This document shows positions 39,449 through 51,329 of a stretch of DNA of 64,000 bases, piece after piece (within the stretch, counting starts at the first letter, position 1; every line of letters begins with the position of its first letter). The DNA lies in assembly GCA_015680685.1 (NCBI GenBank), contig MNCI01000141.1, forward strand, positions 1 through 64,000. Reading direction: 5' to 3'. The notes beneath the pieces were generated by a model that was not told the DNA's origin, searched no databases, and was given only the letters and a program-made list of their open reading frames with translations. This DNA comes from Gnetum montanum. Lineage: Eukaryota; Plantae; Gnetophyta. The translations under genes were made by a program, and so were the position numbers.

Positions 39449-40429
39449 GTCCACACCCCCTAATATATTTTGTAAAGGACTTGTTCCTCTTCTTTTGCAC
39501 TCGAGGACAAGTTTTTATTCAGTCGTGGGGGTATGATAAATCATGTTTTTCAATGCTCCGATATCAGGGTGGCCACGATATCAAGTACACGATATGGTGG
39601 CCCAAGATGTGATATCATACATTTGATATCGCAGGGTTACTTTCAGGTCTATAAATACAGGATCCAGGCACATAATTGGAAGTAAGTTTTTGGCAGTCAA
39701 GTAGCGAAACTCTTGCAGTTTGTCCATTTAAAAGTTAGAATATTTTTCAAGTGCCCACAATAGGAGGTCTAAGTGTGAAAGGATATTTATTCAAGCATTG
39801 ATATACCTGAGCACACCATTGTGTTGGCAATAAAGACAAACTCTTTGATTCATTCCTCGCAACACTTGAGACTTTCTTTCTTATGCATTTATATTCTATG
39901 CAATTTACATGTTTTACAATTTACGTAAATATTATTTATGAAGTAATTAATTTTGATCAATCACGCAAACCATTAAAATACACAAGTATGACCCCTTTGA
40001 GCATACATGTAATGCTTGGTAGCTTAGAAACGATTAGCGTTTAATAGCCCAGCGGTGTTTGCACAAAGTTCTGGATGTGTCCAGGAAGTGGGAATGGTTA
40101 CTTGTGTTAGTCTAGACTAGACTATAGTTTACTTAGCAATTAATCACTCTTACTTTTATTCTTGTTCTAGGTGAGTAATTTGATAAAAACACCAAATAAT
40201 AAAAAAATCTTACACCTCAGTCACACTTAACCATACAATTGTGCTCCACAAGTGGGACTAAGAAGACAACGAACTGACAACACACACACACACACACACT
40301 ATTTAGCTCTAGTGTACTTAGTAATTATAGTCTGTGGAATTCGACCAAATTGCATGTGAATGCGTGTGATTCATATGGTTGGGTGTAGGGGTACCTTGCC
40401 AGTCATCAAGTACCTTCAACCACTTATCA

Positions 40430-42545
40430 ATCATAGATATGATATCATAACTACAATATCATTACTAACAAATTTTTGACTTTATCACTAGGTAAAGAAA
40501 ATGTTATTGCTAATGCTTTGAGTAGAGTATGAACCATGATGATAGGAGTTGTTACTACAATGATAAAAGATGACCTTCAACAACACCTTTCATAAGATCC
40601 ATACATTGAGAAAATCTTCCAAGACTAACGAAATATCTAAACATTAACTTAAGAAGGGAATCTTGTATAAGGACTAACAATTGTATGTTCCCAAGAAAGA
40701 ATGGAGAAGGAAACTACTCCATAAAGTACACAAGGTTTTTTATGTAAGTCATCCTAGATTTATTAAGACATATCTAACTATGAAAAAGTTTTATTATTAG
40801 CTAATATTGAAAGAAGATATAGTCCAATATGTTAAAAATTAACCTACATGCCAAATGGTAAAGGCAAAGTAGGAGAAATCCAAAGGATTTCATCAATTCT
40901 TGAAAGTTCTAACCTAGAAGTGGAAAAATTTGGCCATGGATTTTATAAGTAGACTTCATAAAATCAAAAGAAAAAATGATGCTATCCTAGTAGTGATGGA
41001 TTAACTATAAAAAATTGTCCATTTCTGTGTGGTTAAAAACACTATTACTGCTTTTAATGTAGTGGGAGATTTTACTTATAAATTGTCTAGCTACATGGAA
41101 GTTAAAAAACTAGAACCTTTGATAGAGATTCAAAATTTATGTCAGAAGTCTAGCATAAGTTCTTCCAATTACTCAGCGCTTAACTTAAAAGAAAACTGAA
41201 AGGATAAATAAAAAAAATACAAAGATATTAACAAGCTATGTTGAAAATAGACCAAGAACTTGGAAAAGTTATTTGCATTTAGCAGAATTTTCTTATAATA
41301 ATAGTTTTCATAGTTTAGCCAAAATAACTCTTTTTGAACTTATTTTTGATAGGAATTCCACGTCCCCTATTTCTTGGTATGATCTAGTTGCAACAAAGGA
41401 CTACAAGGATGATGAGCTAAAAATTATAGAACAAACAGTAAACAAAGTTAAAATGAATTTATAGACAACTCAACAAAAATATAAAGGACATGTAGAAAAG
41501 GCATGAATTAAGAAAGAATTTCAAATTGGAAACTAGATTTTATTAAGTTATAGAGTCCATTAAACTAGGTAGTTATTCAAAACTTTCACCTCATTTTTGT
41601 GGTCTATTTTCTATTATTGAACAAACATGGGAAGTAGCACATAAATTATTTTTATCTATTGATATAAAATTCCATTTTGTATTCCATGTTAGATTGCTTA
41701 AGGATTTTTATGGTAATGATACCCCTTATATTCTAGACTGGCACAATTTGTAGCTTAAATCTAATGCTAGTTTTAATGTAAAGAATATTAAGATTAAAGA
41801 TGAAATATTTATTAGATTAAGAAGTAAGTTTATTACATAAGTGTTGGTTGAATGATCTCATTGTCAATAGGAGACCTAGGAGTAGAAAGAATATATCCTT
41901 AATTATTTGAAGATTATGAACTTTTATGTTATGAGTATTTTAATTTTGTATACAATGAAGAGGATGAGGTAGAAAAGGATCTATATGAACTTATGAAGCA
42001 ACGAGAAATCCCTTTGGAATTTGAAGATCAGTTCAAGGATGAACACAAGTCTTTTGGAAGGTGGGGGATTGGGGTAGTTTGTAATGTACTAAACCAATTT
42101 TGGTTTAGGAAAATAAATGTGTGGTAAAACAATATGGAAACTGTGTTAGTAATAACTTATCCTAATTAAAGGGTGAACAATTTGTGTTAAGTAATTAATT
42201 ATAGGTTAAGGATTGCAACTTTCCATTGGGTGCCTTTGGATGGTTGTAGCATGGCTCAAATAGGAGCAAGTGGTTGGAAGAAATGACAACATGGGTCCCT
42301 AGAGAAGTAAGGCAACAAGGATCTAGTCACTCTAACCTTACGTATAGCAAGCCAGGTCATAAAGTATTATGCTAATTGTCTCTAAGTTAACCCAAACACC
42401 AAAGAACCCAAAGAGAGAGATTCATGACTATAATCAAGCTAATGACATATTTTAAAACATTAATAAAACTTCTCTTTTTGCTTTTTCTTTCTCAAATCCT
42501 TCTCTTTTTCCTTTTTCTTGCTCAAATCTTGTATATAAAGTTACA
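40430..42545 (+). mobile_element. Chromovirus-type Ty3/gypsy 3' part: RNase H end, integrase, chromodomain remnant, PPT, 3'LTR 42080-42545
   Basis: GKENVIANALSR, KWKNLAMDFI, HLAEFSYNNS, GPY/F-like KLSPHFCG, VFHVRLLK, VLVE*...ET*E. G-rich PPT then TGTAA...TTACA. Confidence 0.82.
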
Positions 42546-45162
42546 TTGCATTTTGATAAGCAATCAAAAAGTATGCATTTAAACAACATAATAGCATGTC
42601 ACAATTATAATGAGTTTTCATATCCAAGTATACATCTTTCAAGACAAACTCCAGACTTGCCATTGTAGTCATAAATATTTAGTGGCAGGAGGACTGGAAT
42701 TTTGGGTTTTGTCCTGCTTAAGCTTGAAAATTAAGATGCACCAATTATTTTCATACGATTTTGTGAGGGAAAAAAAAAGGTATCATAAAACCCATTCGCC
42801 GCCTACTTGATACTATATTTCCAACCAATTGAGATATGGCCAACTCATTAAATCGAGATATAGACACCAAAACAACCAATTTCTTCCATTTGTCCTTTTC
42901 TGAGTTTTTCAGTAAATGCTCGGTGGACTTAATGGCAGACTTTAACGGTTGCGAATGGAGAGAATCGGATATGCGGTTAGCAGTCACCAATTATCTTTTG
43001 GTTTCTCCACGTAATGCAAGGGCAATGGCTAATCGATTGACAGTCTATTTAAGCCGTAAGATTCTTGACTTTGTCTCATAGTGAATCATTTTTCCCTCTC
43101 TTTATATCGGTATCTTTCCCTGTCTTTTTTCACTCCATTTAATTGCTCTCTTCTGTTTGTGTTTATAATTGTATAATGTGCTCATAGCATGGAAAGCCGA
43201 CTATTTCATATATAACTTATGGAGAATATTTTGTGGTGTCCATCATGTATGGAATTTTTAATATATAACTCATGGAGAATTTTATATGATGTAGATCATG
43301 TAAGACTAGTTTGTATTTTGGAGAGTGGGTTCTCTCCAATCTTACTGTCTATGATGCATCTGTAAATAGAGTTTGTATTGTTTGGACTTTGCATTGAACC
43401 ATCTTTTATAAGTAGAATTTATTTGATTAATAACTCACAAGTAAAGTTTGGATGCCTGGTCTTGTTTCTACATTCTTTCATCGTCCACACCTTGATACCG
43501 TAGTTTCATAAACAATGAGCTACCACGATCATTATAGCTTGTGGGGGAAAACCACCTTTCAAAGATGTCATAGGTAGTTTTCAAAGATGTTATAGGTAGT
43601 TTTTAAGGTATGTATAGGTATCAAAAAGTTTCAACAAGGAAGAATTTTTATACTAAATTTGCCATCATAGCTTACATGTTTGGTTTTTGAGAAAGTCCAT
43701 TTTATAAGGTAGTTAATAAATTTAAAAGAAAAAAAGTATAGATTAAGTAAAATGAAATTGTTTGAAAAGATACAAAGTACCAATAGTTGGATGGTAAGTA
43801 AGACCTCATGCACCTTGACTAGAGTTTTGCATGCAATCTTTTGGGCCATCCATAGATTATTTAATGCAATTTGATCCCATTCAAAAAGATAAAACAAGAG
43901 TAGATAATTGTTGTGCACTAGATTTGCAATAATACAAATGAATTTAAAATTGTTAATCATATAGATTAAGGGTGTTGGACCCTAAAAAATATTAATAATA
44001 AGCAAAAGAAATAGAGTACATGATATATTTAATCATTAAATAGAAAGCACTAAAAATAACATAGAAATGAGTAACTTTCTAATTTTAGTGATGTTTAGTT
44101 AGGTGTACAATCTTACAATACATCCTTTGAAAATCAATAGAGAAAAATTAATTATTAGCATGGAGGATGGTCTCAATTCTAACAACATCTACTAAAACTA
44201 AAATTATTTACTTACATCCATTGAGACTCATTGGATATATGGGACCAATTTCAAAATTCCTTTTATAGAATTTTTGTTAATTTATAACTTGGTGCTACCT
44301 AGTAGAATCAAACATATGACTTGAGGTTACCAAGATGCTTACTACTAGGTTAACACCTCATTGTTTATTTATTTTTGAAATTGATTTAATGAATCAACCA
44401 AAAAAAGCTTAGCCAAAAGAAAATGTCCAATAACATACGATGACACAAATTGTCAATAAGAGTTGACCTTGGATTAAGACTTTTTAGCAAGACTGTACTT
44501 ATAGATACATATGATTATTATGACTCTAGCCACAGCACAGCATATCCATTATAGTGTAGCCAGCAAAAAAATGTAGCTGAGATGCATAAATAGCTTCTCC
44601 ATGTGACTTGGGCATGGTTCAAAATGACTCACCTGTATGCTCATAAGAGCAATCAAATGCAGGCTGTTTCTTAGCCTCCATGATATCTGACAAAATTTTT
44701 TGACGCCTGGTAGTCTGTGACCGCGCTTCTTTTCACCGCAAACACTTCCGTTCATTCAAGAAAATATTAAACTTAAGAAATATTCAAATTTCGTTTGTAG
44801 TGACCGATTCAAACTTTGACAGATTATTCAAACACGTGACTGTACCATGACTTCTATTAAAAATTACCAACCGCTAAAAAGAATGCTCCATGTGGCGGTC
44901 GCAATCGCATTCTTTTTCTTGCGATTGTTATGTTGTTTGGACAGGATGTTGAAACTTTATATAACTCATCGAGTATTATAGTTATCATTAAATCATTTAC
45001 ACAATCAGGTGTTACCCTAGAGGTAAAATCGAATCCATAACTTAAAGCTTTCAAATTAAGAGTCTTAACACCAAGCTAACACCTGATTGTTAAAAAATAC
45101 AGAAAAGATTATGTATACCTTATCAAATCAGCCATTACCTAATGGCTATGCATATGCATACC

Positions 45163-45270
45163 CCATGATACCACCCATTTTCTATCCCTATGCTCCTACT
45201 CACATCTCAATCACCTCCATGATACCACCCATTTTCTACCCCTATGCTCCGACTCACATCTCAATCACCT
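45163..45270. repeat. 54-bp tandem duplication
   Basis: 45163-45216 and 45217-45270 are nearly identical. Confidence 0.9.
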
Positions 45271-45770
45271 CCAAGTTTTGTCCGTAAAAGCAACTTTTAC
45301 TTTTACCCCTACACATAAACCAGTGTCGGCCAAGGAAGGTGCAATATTCCTCGTTCTAGGCCATGGGTACCAACACACCATGTGTGTTTAGATACATATT
45401 CAACGCATATAAAGTATGTTATGGCGCTCATTGCAGCGCAATTATTGCGTCATGATAGCTTCACTAATCACCGCTTCAAGTACGAACATTATTGCATGCC
45501 AATCATTTTATTTCTCGGATTGACCAATTACTTGATTCCTCGGTCAAAATAAACTTTTAATTATCATTAATTAACACGCAAGTTATCGTATTCCTCATTA
45601 ACAACATCGTTTTTAGACGCTGCCCGGCCTTAGTCTACCCTTTAATTTTTTTTGAGGTTAGCGGTTGAGGATAGTGCACGTGGAACTTTTTTGCAATTAA
45701 TAGAAGGTTGAACCATTCCCAAGTCGGCAGCAAGGATCAACCATGGCAGTCTCTCTGGAAAAAAATCTAT

Positions 45771-46005
45771 NNNNNNNNNNNNNNNNNNNNNNNNNNNNNN
45801 NNNNNNNNNNNNNNNNNNNNNNNNNNNNNNNNNNNNNNNNNNNNNNNNNNNNNNNNNNNNNNNNNNNNNNNNNNNNNNNNNNNNNNNNNNNNNNNNNNNN
45901 NNNNNNNNNNNNNNNNNNNNNNNNNNNNNNNNNNNNNNNNNNNNNNNNNNNNNNNNNNNNNNNNNNNNNNNNNNNNNNNNNNNNNNNNNNNNNNNNNNNN
46001 NNNNN
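45771..46005. other. Assembly gap (N run)
   Basis: Run of n. Confidence 1.
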
Positions 46006-46179
46006 GGAAAAAAAAAAAAAAAAACTTATGGAGATGGTTTCCAATGTGATGGGCTGCAGGAACAGTGCCCTGGTTGGCCATATCGACCAAAAATAACGGC
46101 ATGTTACCCATCCACCAGACACATACACAGACACGTATACTCATCCTGCAGTGCAGGCTGCAGCTTTAAATTTATCTAA

Positions 46180-46344
46180 TTTTAGGGTTTTCGGATCTAT
46201 ACATATTATATGTTCAACTGCTGTAATTTGTAGCTGCAGGACTTGAGGCCTAGTTGCAAGTGTATTCAAATGTCAAAAAGGAGGACCAGCCGAGCACGTA
46301 CAGACAACGCCATTTTTAGGGTTTTCGGATCTATACATATTATA
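46180..46344. repeat. Exact 31-bp direct repeat containing a telo-box (TAGGGTTT)
   Basis: TTTTAGGGTTTTCGGATCTATACATATTATA at 46180-46210 and 46314-46344. Confidence 0.85.
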
Positions 46345-46776
46345 GACGAGATATAAACGGAAAAGAAAAAAGAGGAAAAAAAAAAGAAAAAGAAAAAAAT
46401 TTATAGAAGGCAAACTTAATGAACCGGGATGTTACGCAGGGAAATATCCATACAAACAACCAATTCCAAAGTGGAGGAACACAATCTGGAGATGCATCTT
46501 CCACCAAGGATTAACTGAAAACAGGAGCTACCAAGGATCAACTGAAAACAAGAGCAGAAGAAGGGTGGCAGAAAACTGGATGAAGCAGAAAATACCAGAA
46601 ATTATGAAGGGAGACTCCCGTAAAGTGATTCCTGTTGAGGAAGGTTGCTTAGACTCATGGATTAAAGCAAATTATATCATATTGATCCAGCACAGTAAGT
46701 TGTCCTATTTGTATCTCAAAGTTACATGAAACTGAAATGAAACTGAAATTGTGCAGAAGATTTACATAGTCTTAGT

Positions 46777-47689
46777 TTAAGTTTCATAATTTAACTGGGC
46801 GCCAGCATTAGCATTTGGAGATTTTTCACGGTGGACGGGTATGGGCATGGGACTGGGATTGGGCCTGTAAGTGTACCAGCGAGCAACGATGAGGAAGTAG
46901 AGGAGGTTGAGCAGGGTAAGTGCGCCCAAAAGCCAGTAGAAGAGATCCAATCTGGCCTGGTTAAGATTCTGATCCAGCCAACTATGGCCATGCCTTTGCT
47001 TTGATGTGATGGAATTCAAAAGGGTGACCAAGAAACTGCTGAGGAAGTTGCCAATGCCGCCGCTGAGAAAGAAGAGGGCACCTGCAACACTGCGCATGTT
47101 GTGGGGGAATTCACTGTACAGCAACTCATTATAACCAATGCCAGTGAAGGCCTCGCCCAGACCCACGATGCAGTACTGTGGAAGCAGCCACATGGCAGAC
47201 ATGGGTACCTGAGGATTGAGCCTGTTATGCAGTAATAATCCATGAGCTACAGCTACATGCCTGCGTCTGGACTCCACCAATGCTGCAAAAACCATGGGCA
47301 TTATGGCCAGGACCTGTCCTATTCCTATTCTCTGTAATTGAGTTATGCCATTGCCGTCCTTTGTGAGTTTTCTGGTGTAGGGTACCAGCAACTTATCGTA
47401 GATGGGTAAGAAGAATGTGAGTGATAACATGGAAAATATTCCGAAGGATCCTGCCGGAATGGCGAAGCTGCTTTTGCCAAGCCGTCTGTCCATGGTGTTT
47501 GCCTGAAGCACGGAGAAGGTGCTGAGTTGGACCGTGGTGACCACCAACATTACGCTTCCTGCCCAAATTGGCATGATTCTTAGCACTGTTTTTAGTTCTT
47601 CCACCTGCTCCACGCTGCACAGCTTCCACCCGTCCACCTTTTCCTCCTTATCCTCCTCTGCTATTATCGTGGCTGCTTTGTTCAGAAAC
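46777..47689 (-). CDS. NPF: NPF exon 4
   Basis: CAG acceptor, FLNKAA to TAA stop. Confidence 0.95.
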
Positions 47690-50554
47690 CTGTTGTTCAT
47701 TGCAAATGCTAACTATGCTGTTGCAGCACTTTGGTAAACTGAATTGCTAAAAATAGAATAAAGCGTGTTAAGCAGTCGCATTTGTGGGAGGTTTACGGTT
47801 ACCCTTCCCATCTACAACCAGAACCAGAACCATCATTCTAAATTTTATGAAATAACATGTACGTTAGCCATGTCACTGCCACTGTTATTTTATAACTAGA
47901 AATCCCCTTTCTCAATTCTAAGTTCTTAACTATAAACTCTGCCTTATCCCAGCCATAGTTTGAGAAATCTGCACTTAATCCTGAGATCTGCTATCGCAAT
48001 CCAACATTGAAGCCCATTTAAGATTGGATTGCACATTTAATCTATTATTATAATTCTATTGATTTTTTAAGTTTACTATATTGTTTATTACTAATTCTGA
48101 TGTGAATAGAAAAGTAAAATTTCTATATTGGATTTTCCATTTAAGTGAGCTCTTAGATGTAAAAAATTGGAAATTGCAGCTACCAGCATGGATGAATATA
48201 ACTGTTCTATAGTTTTAATATTGATGATTTTAATCTGATTCTCACACCAATTTATTCAGATTTTTCCCATAAAAACTATGAATTTGCCCATCCAATCTCA
48301 TTTTTCAATCTATGATCCCAGCCAGCAGACACTCATTTAACCACTACTCATTTAACCACTACAATTTTCTCTTGTATTGATGTAATAAAGGTTATTACTC
48401 TTGGTCTCCGGCGTGGCTTATCTTATAAAGGGAGGTTGCAGTGAGTTAGGGTGGCTGCTTTCGTAACGTCTTACTGCTCAACAAATAATAAGCACATCAC
48501 TGAAACTGCCGGACGTATGGGAGGGTTAAAGAATCACTACTCAGAGATTCCATGCTCATCTCGCAAAAGCGTAGCAGAGATTATGAATCGACAAAAACCC
48601 AAGCCTTAGTTTTATCCGAGCTTAAAGTTTTATAACTAACCAAACATACACACTACTATCACTTCAAACCCCNAAGCTTAAAGTTTTATAACTAACCAAA
48701 CATACACACTACTATCACTTCAAACCCCAAATGATAAAATGATGGCCCCTGTTCTATAAGCATAAATTGAGAACATTATTGCTGTTGATTCCGTAATGAT
48801 GATATACACCCCTGTACTATATAAGTACTATATAAGCATGCATAAATTGAGAGCATTATTGTTATTGATTCCGTAACGATGATCTACATAAAATGATGGA
48901 CCCTGTACTATAAGAATAAATTGAGAGCATTATTGCTGTTGATTCCGTAATGATGATCTACATAAGATGATGGACCCCTGTACTATAAGCATAAATTGAA
49001 AGCATTATTGCTGTTGATGCCGTAATGATGATCTACATAAAATGATGGACCCTGTACTATAAGCATAAATTGAGAGCATTATTGCTGTTGATTCCGTATT
49101 TATGTGAAAGAGAATGATAACATACGTGAACTGATGGCTCAAGGGAAGCGCCGAATTCGAAAAGCCGTAGTATCCAGAATGGGAAGGCTGTGATGGCAGT
49201 TGCAGGTGACGCTTTCTGAAAGCTGCTACCAACACCTGAGCGAAACCGGTGAATGGACTTCCCTCTGGCTTCACTTGAATATACAGACTTTTGCCCAGGA
49301 AGAAGCAGATCGTGGCAAGCAGCATAAGCGAGGAAGGAATTGCAAGGCCCAGGCTCCAGCTGATGTCGGTCTGTATATACACCACCAGAGTGACTGACAC
49401 CATCACAGCAATTGTGAAGGTAAAGTAGTACCAGTTGAAGAAGCTCTGGATGCTTTTTCTGCCTTTGTCGCTCTTGTAATCGAACTGATCTGCTCCGAAT
49501 GCAATGGAGCAGGGTCTTATCCCTCCAGCCCCAATTGTCATCAACGCTAACGATGAGTACAATACCATGTTCTGCACTGCGTTAGCTCTGGCCCTCTCAC
49601 ATAAGCTGTCGCCGCTGCATTCGGCTGGTCTCAACTTGGGAAAAATGGCTGTGCTTGTAAACAGAGCCATTCCCTGCGTAATCAATCATACAATAATACT
49701 TTTCCAGTTAAGTAACTCCTGCTGCTGCTACTATTCATTAGCAATTTATTGCAACTTGCAAACCAGCTGAATTAAATTTTAGTGAAAGAATTAGAATAGT
49801 ACTATGAAGGATGCGATGCAGCCTAGGAGAATTGTCCAGTATCTGCCAACGTAGGAATCTGAAAGAAATGCACCCAGCACAGGAGATACGCAGGAGCATG
49901 CCGACCAAATGTTTATGATATTGGACGCATTAACGTTGGGCTTCTTGAATTTCTTGGTGAGGTAGATGATCATGTTGGCACTCAGCCCAATTGATGCTAA
50001 CTTTTCGCAAGACTCGTTTGCTGCCCAAAATTCAAAAATCAACCAAACGAACAAGAAATTAAACGATGATCAATAACTGAAGTTGAAATTTTTCCGTTAC
50101 TCTACTGTGAATTACGATTACACAAACCTAAAACCAAAACTCTTACTACGAAGGTAAGATCTTGTTCTATTATCTTAAACTGAAAATAGCATGCAAACAA
50201 ACTGGTGGAAGAAAAACAATCAAATGACATGCAAACAAACGCATATTCAGTGAAAGAAAGGAGGATGGGAAGCAATTGAAAGTATTAACCGATGATGAAG
50301 GGCATGGTCTTCCATCCACCCTTCCTCTTTCTGGGTGAAGCTTGTTCTTCGTCGGATTTCTCCTCCTTCTCCTCCTTGTTGAAACTGAGAGAAAGACTGC
50401 GGTGTGTTGTTCTTTCGGTGATATCTGTTTGTTTAAGGGATTCATCAGGAGGATTTGCAGTTGCAGGTAGCTGTAGCTCTACTTGCAGGGGCCTGGCTTT
50501 ACCATGATCCGGTCCTGGCTGCGCAATCAGTAGGGAAGTTTTATCAGGCGCCAT
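46777..50554 (-). CDS. NPF: NRT1/PTR family (NPF) transporter, NPF2-like; exons 50554-50290, 50020-49803, 49673-49126, 47689-46777; 647 aa
   Basis: All introns GT..AG with consistent phases (265+218+548+913=1944 nt). ExxEK motif (ANESCEK), GAFLSDSYVGRY, GGIRPCSIAFGADQFD, SFFNWYYF, CSVEQVEELK, MSAMWLLPQY, LDLFYWLL. No frameshift or premature stop. Confidence 0.96.
48738..49098. repeat. ~74-bp minisatellite, about 5 copies, in NPF intron 3
   Basis: Unit AAATGATGGACCCTGTACTATAAGCATAAATTGAGAGCATTATTGCTGTTGATTCCGTAATGATGATCTACATA at 48891, 48965 and 49040, plus two variants upstream. Confidence 0.93.
49126..49673 (-). CDS. NPF: NPF exon 3
   Basis: CAG|GGAATG start, ends HQF-AC|GTATG. Confidence 0.95.
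49803..50020 (-). CDS. NPF: NPF exon 2 (218 nt)
   Basis: CAG acceptor, ANESCEK...GCIASFI, GT donor. Confidence 0.95.
50290..50554 (-). CDS. NPF: NPF exon 1
   Basis: First ATG at 50554 (MAPDK...), ends GGWKTMPFII with GT donor at 50289. Confidence 0.88.
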
Positions 50555-51329
50555 GAATAAGGAAAAATGGTTTTTGCCAATTAAGCTCAGCCAGGCAGCA
50601 GCGGAGAAACCCAGCACTCGTATGCTCTCATTTACGAGCGATGCCCATGGTTTATGGCTAACTCTTCAACACGACACTCTTCCTTCAATGTGTTATGCAC
50701 GTTGGAGTGTTGGACGAAACAGGACGTCTCAAAACTGTTTGGCTTGGTGACTTGAAAGGGAGACGGTGGACAGAAATCAAAATCATCCAACTGTGCTGAA
50801 CCTATTCACAACGCACACTGATAAACACGGCACTTCCAACTTGCAAGAACGCAGGTGTTTGCGCTTTTGAGAGATGTTAATGGCTTACCAAGAGTCAATT
50901 CGTTAGAGCTCCAAATTTTCCCATATAATAAATGCATACAGCGGCTTGTTGCTATATGCTAGGAAAATCTTAAGACCATACAGATTTCATTACATTGTAG
51001 TTGACACTATCATTACATTGTAGTTGACACTAGTTATTCTATGGTTGACAGGTTTTACATGGTTCCACAAAAACATCATAGCCTCTGCAATAGCATGGAC
51101 AAGGTTATCGTTGTTCTCATTAGGCCATTATAAAGCCAATGATGTGGTTGGTGAGGGCATGTGTATGTATGGTGTGAATTTGTGTACATGTGTAATGTGT
51201 CATCATGCTCAAGGATGTGTTTCATTTAGACAAGAATGCATACACATGCTCATGATGATGGACTACGACTAGCATATCCTCACATCTTGTACCTTGCGAG
51301 GACATGCAACTAGCATATGCTTGCAAGTA

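Larger units (their letters stand above)
30384..40408 (+). mobile_element. Athila-like element D, full length (10.0 kb): LTRs 30384-31264 and 39534-40408, gag-PR-RT-RH-INT all decayed
   Basis: LTR pair, PBS TTGGTGTCATTGCTAGGGA (31265), PPT GTGGGGGTA, TSD GGTAC/AGTAC. Protease FLNSSSSVNLI and [22 protein letters not shown], integrase FNIWGTNFMGP. Confidence 0.95.
14249..40429 (+). mobile_element. Athila-like element B: pol 14249-~17450, 3' region 24370-29543, 3'LTR 29544-30383 plus 40414-40429; hosts C and D
   Basis: RT ([18 protein letters not shown]), RNase H and integrase (FDIWGIDFM, RFGVP). Continuity across C (TSD CCATC) and D (GGTAC/AGTAC). PPT TTGGGGTA, LTR termini TGATAAG...CTTATCA. 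Confidence 0.88.

Noticed and set aside
4450-40429. A's 5'LTR and B's 3'LTR as one element
   Set aside because: LTR sequences and termini differ, the flanks (copia versus chromovirus) give no TSD, and each has its own RT/RNase H.
45697-46144. ORFs of 113-145 aa
   Set aside because: Open only because they span the N gap.
48619-48728. ~54-bp duplication in NPF intron 3
   Set aside because: Flanks a single n (48673); same artefact.
48738-49098. CRISPR-like or C/D snoRNA cluster (ATGATGA boxes)
   Set aside because: No unique spacers, eukaryotic context, box-C-like motifs are antisense to the host gene and no matching D boxes were seen.
50555-50617. Extended NPF N-terminus in the ORF track
   Set aside because: Starts at GTG; the first ATG is at 50554.
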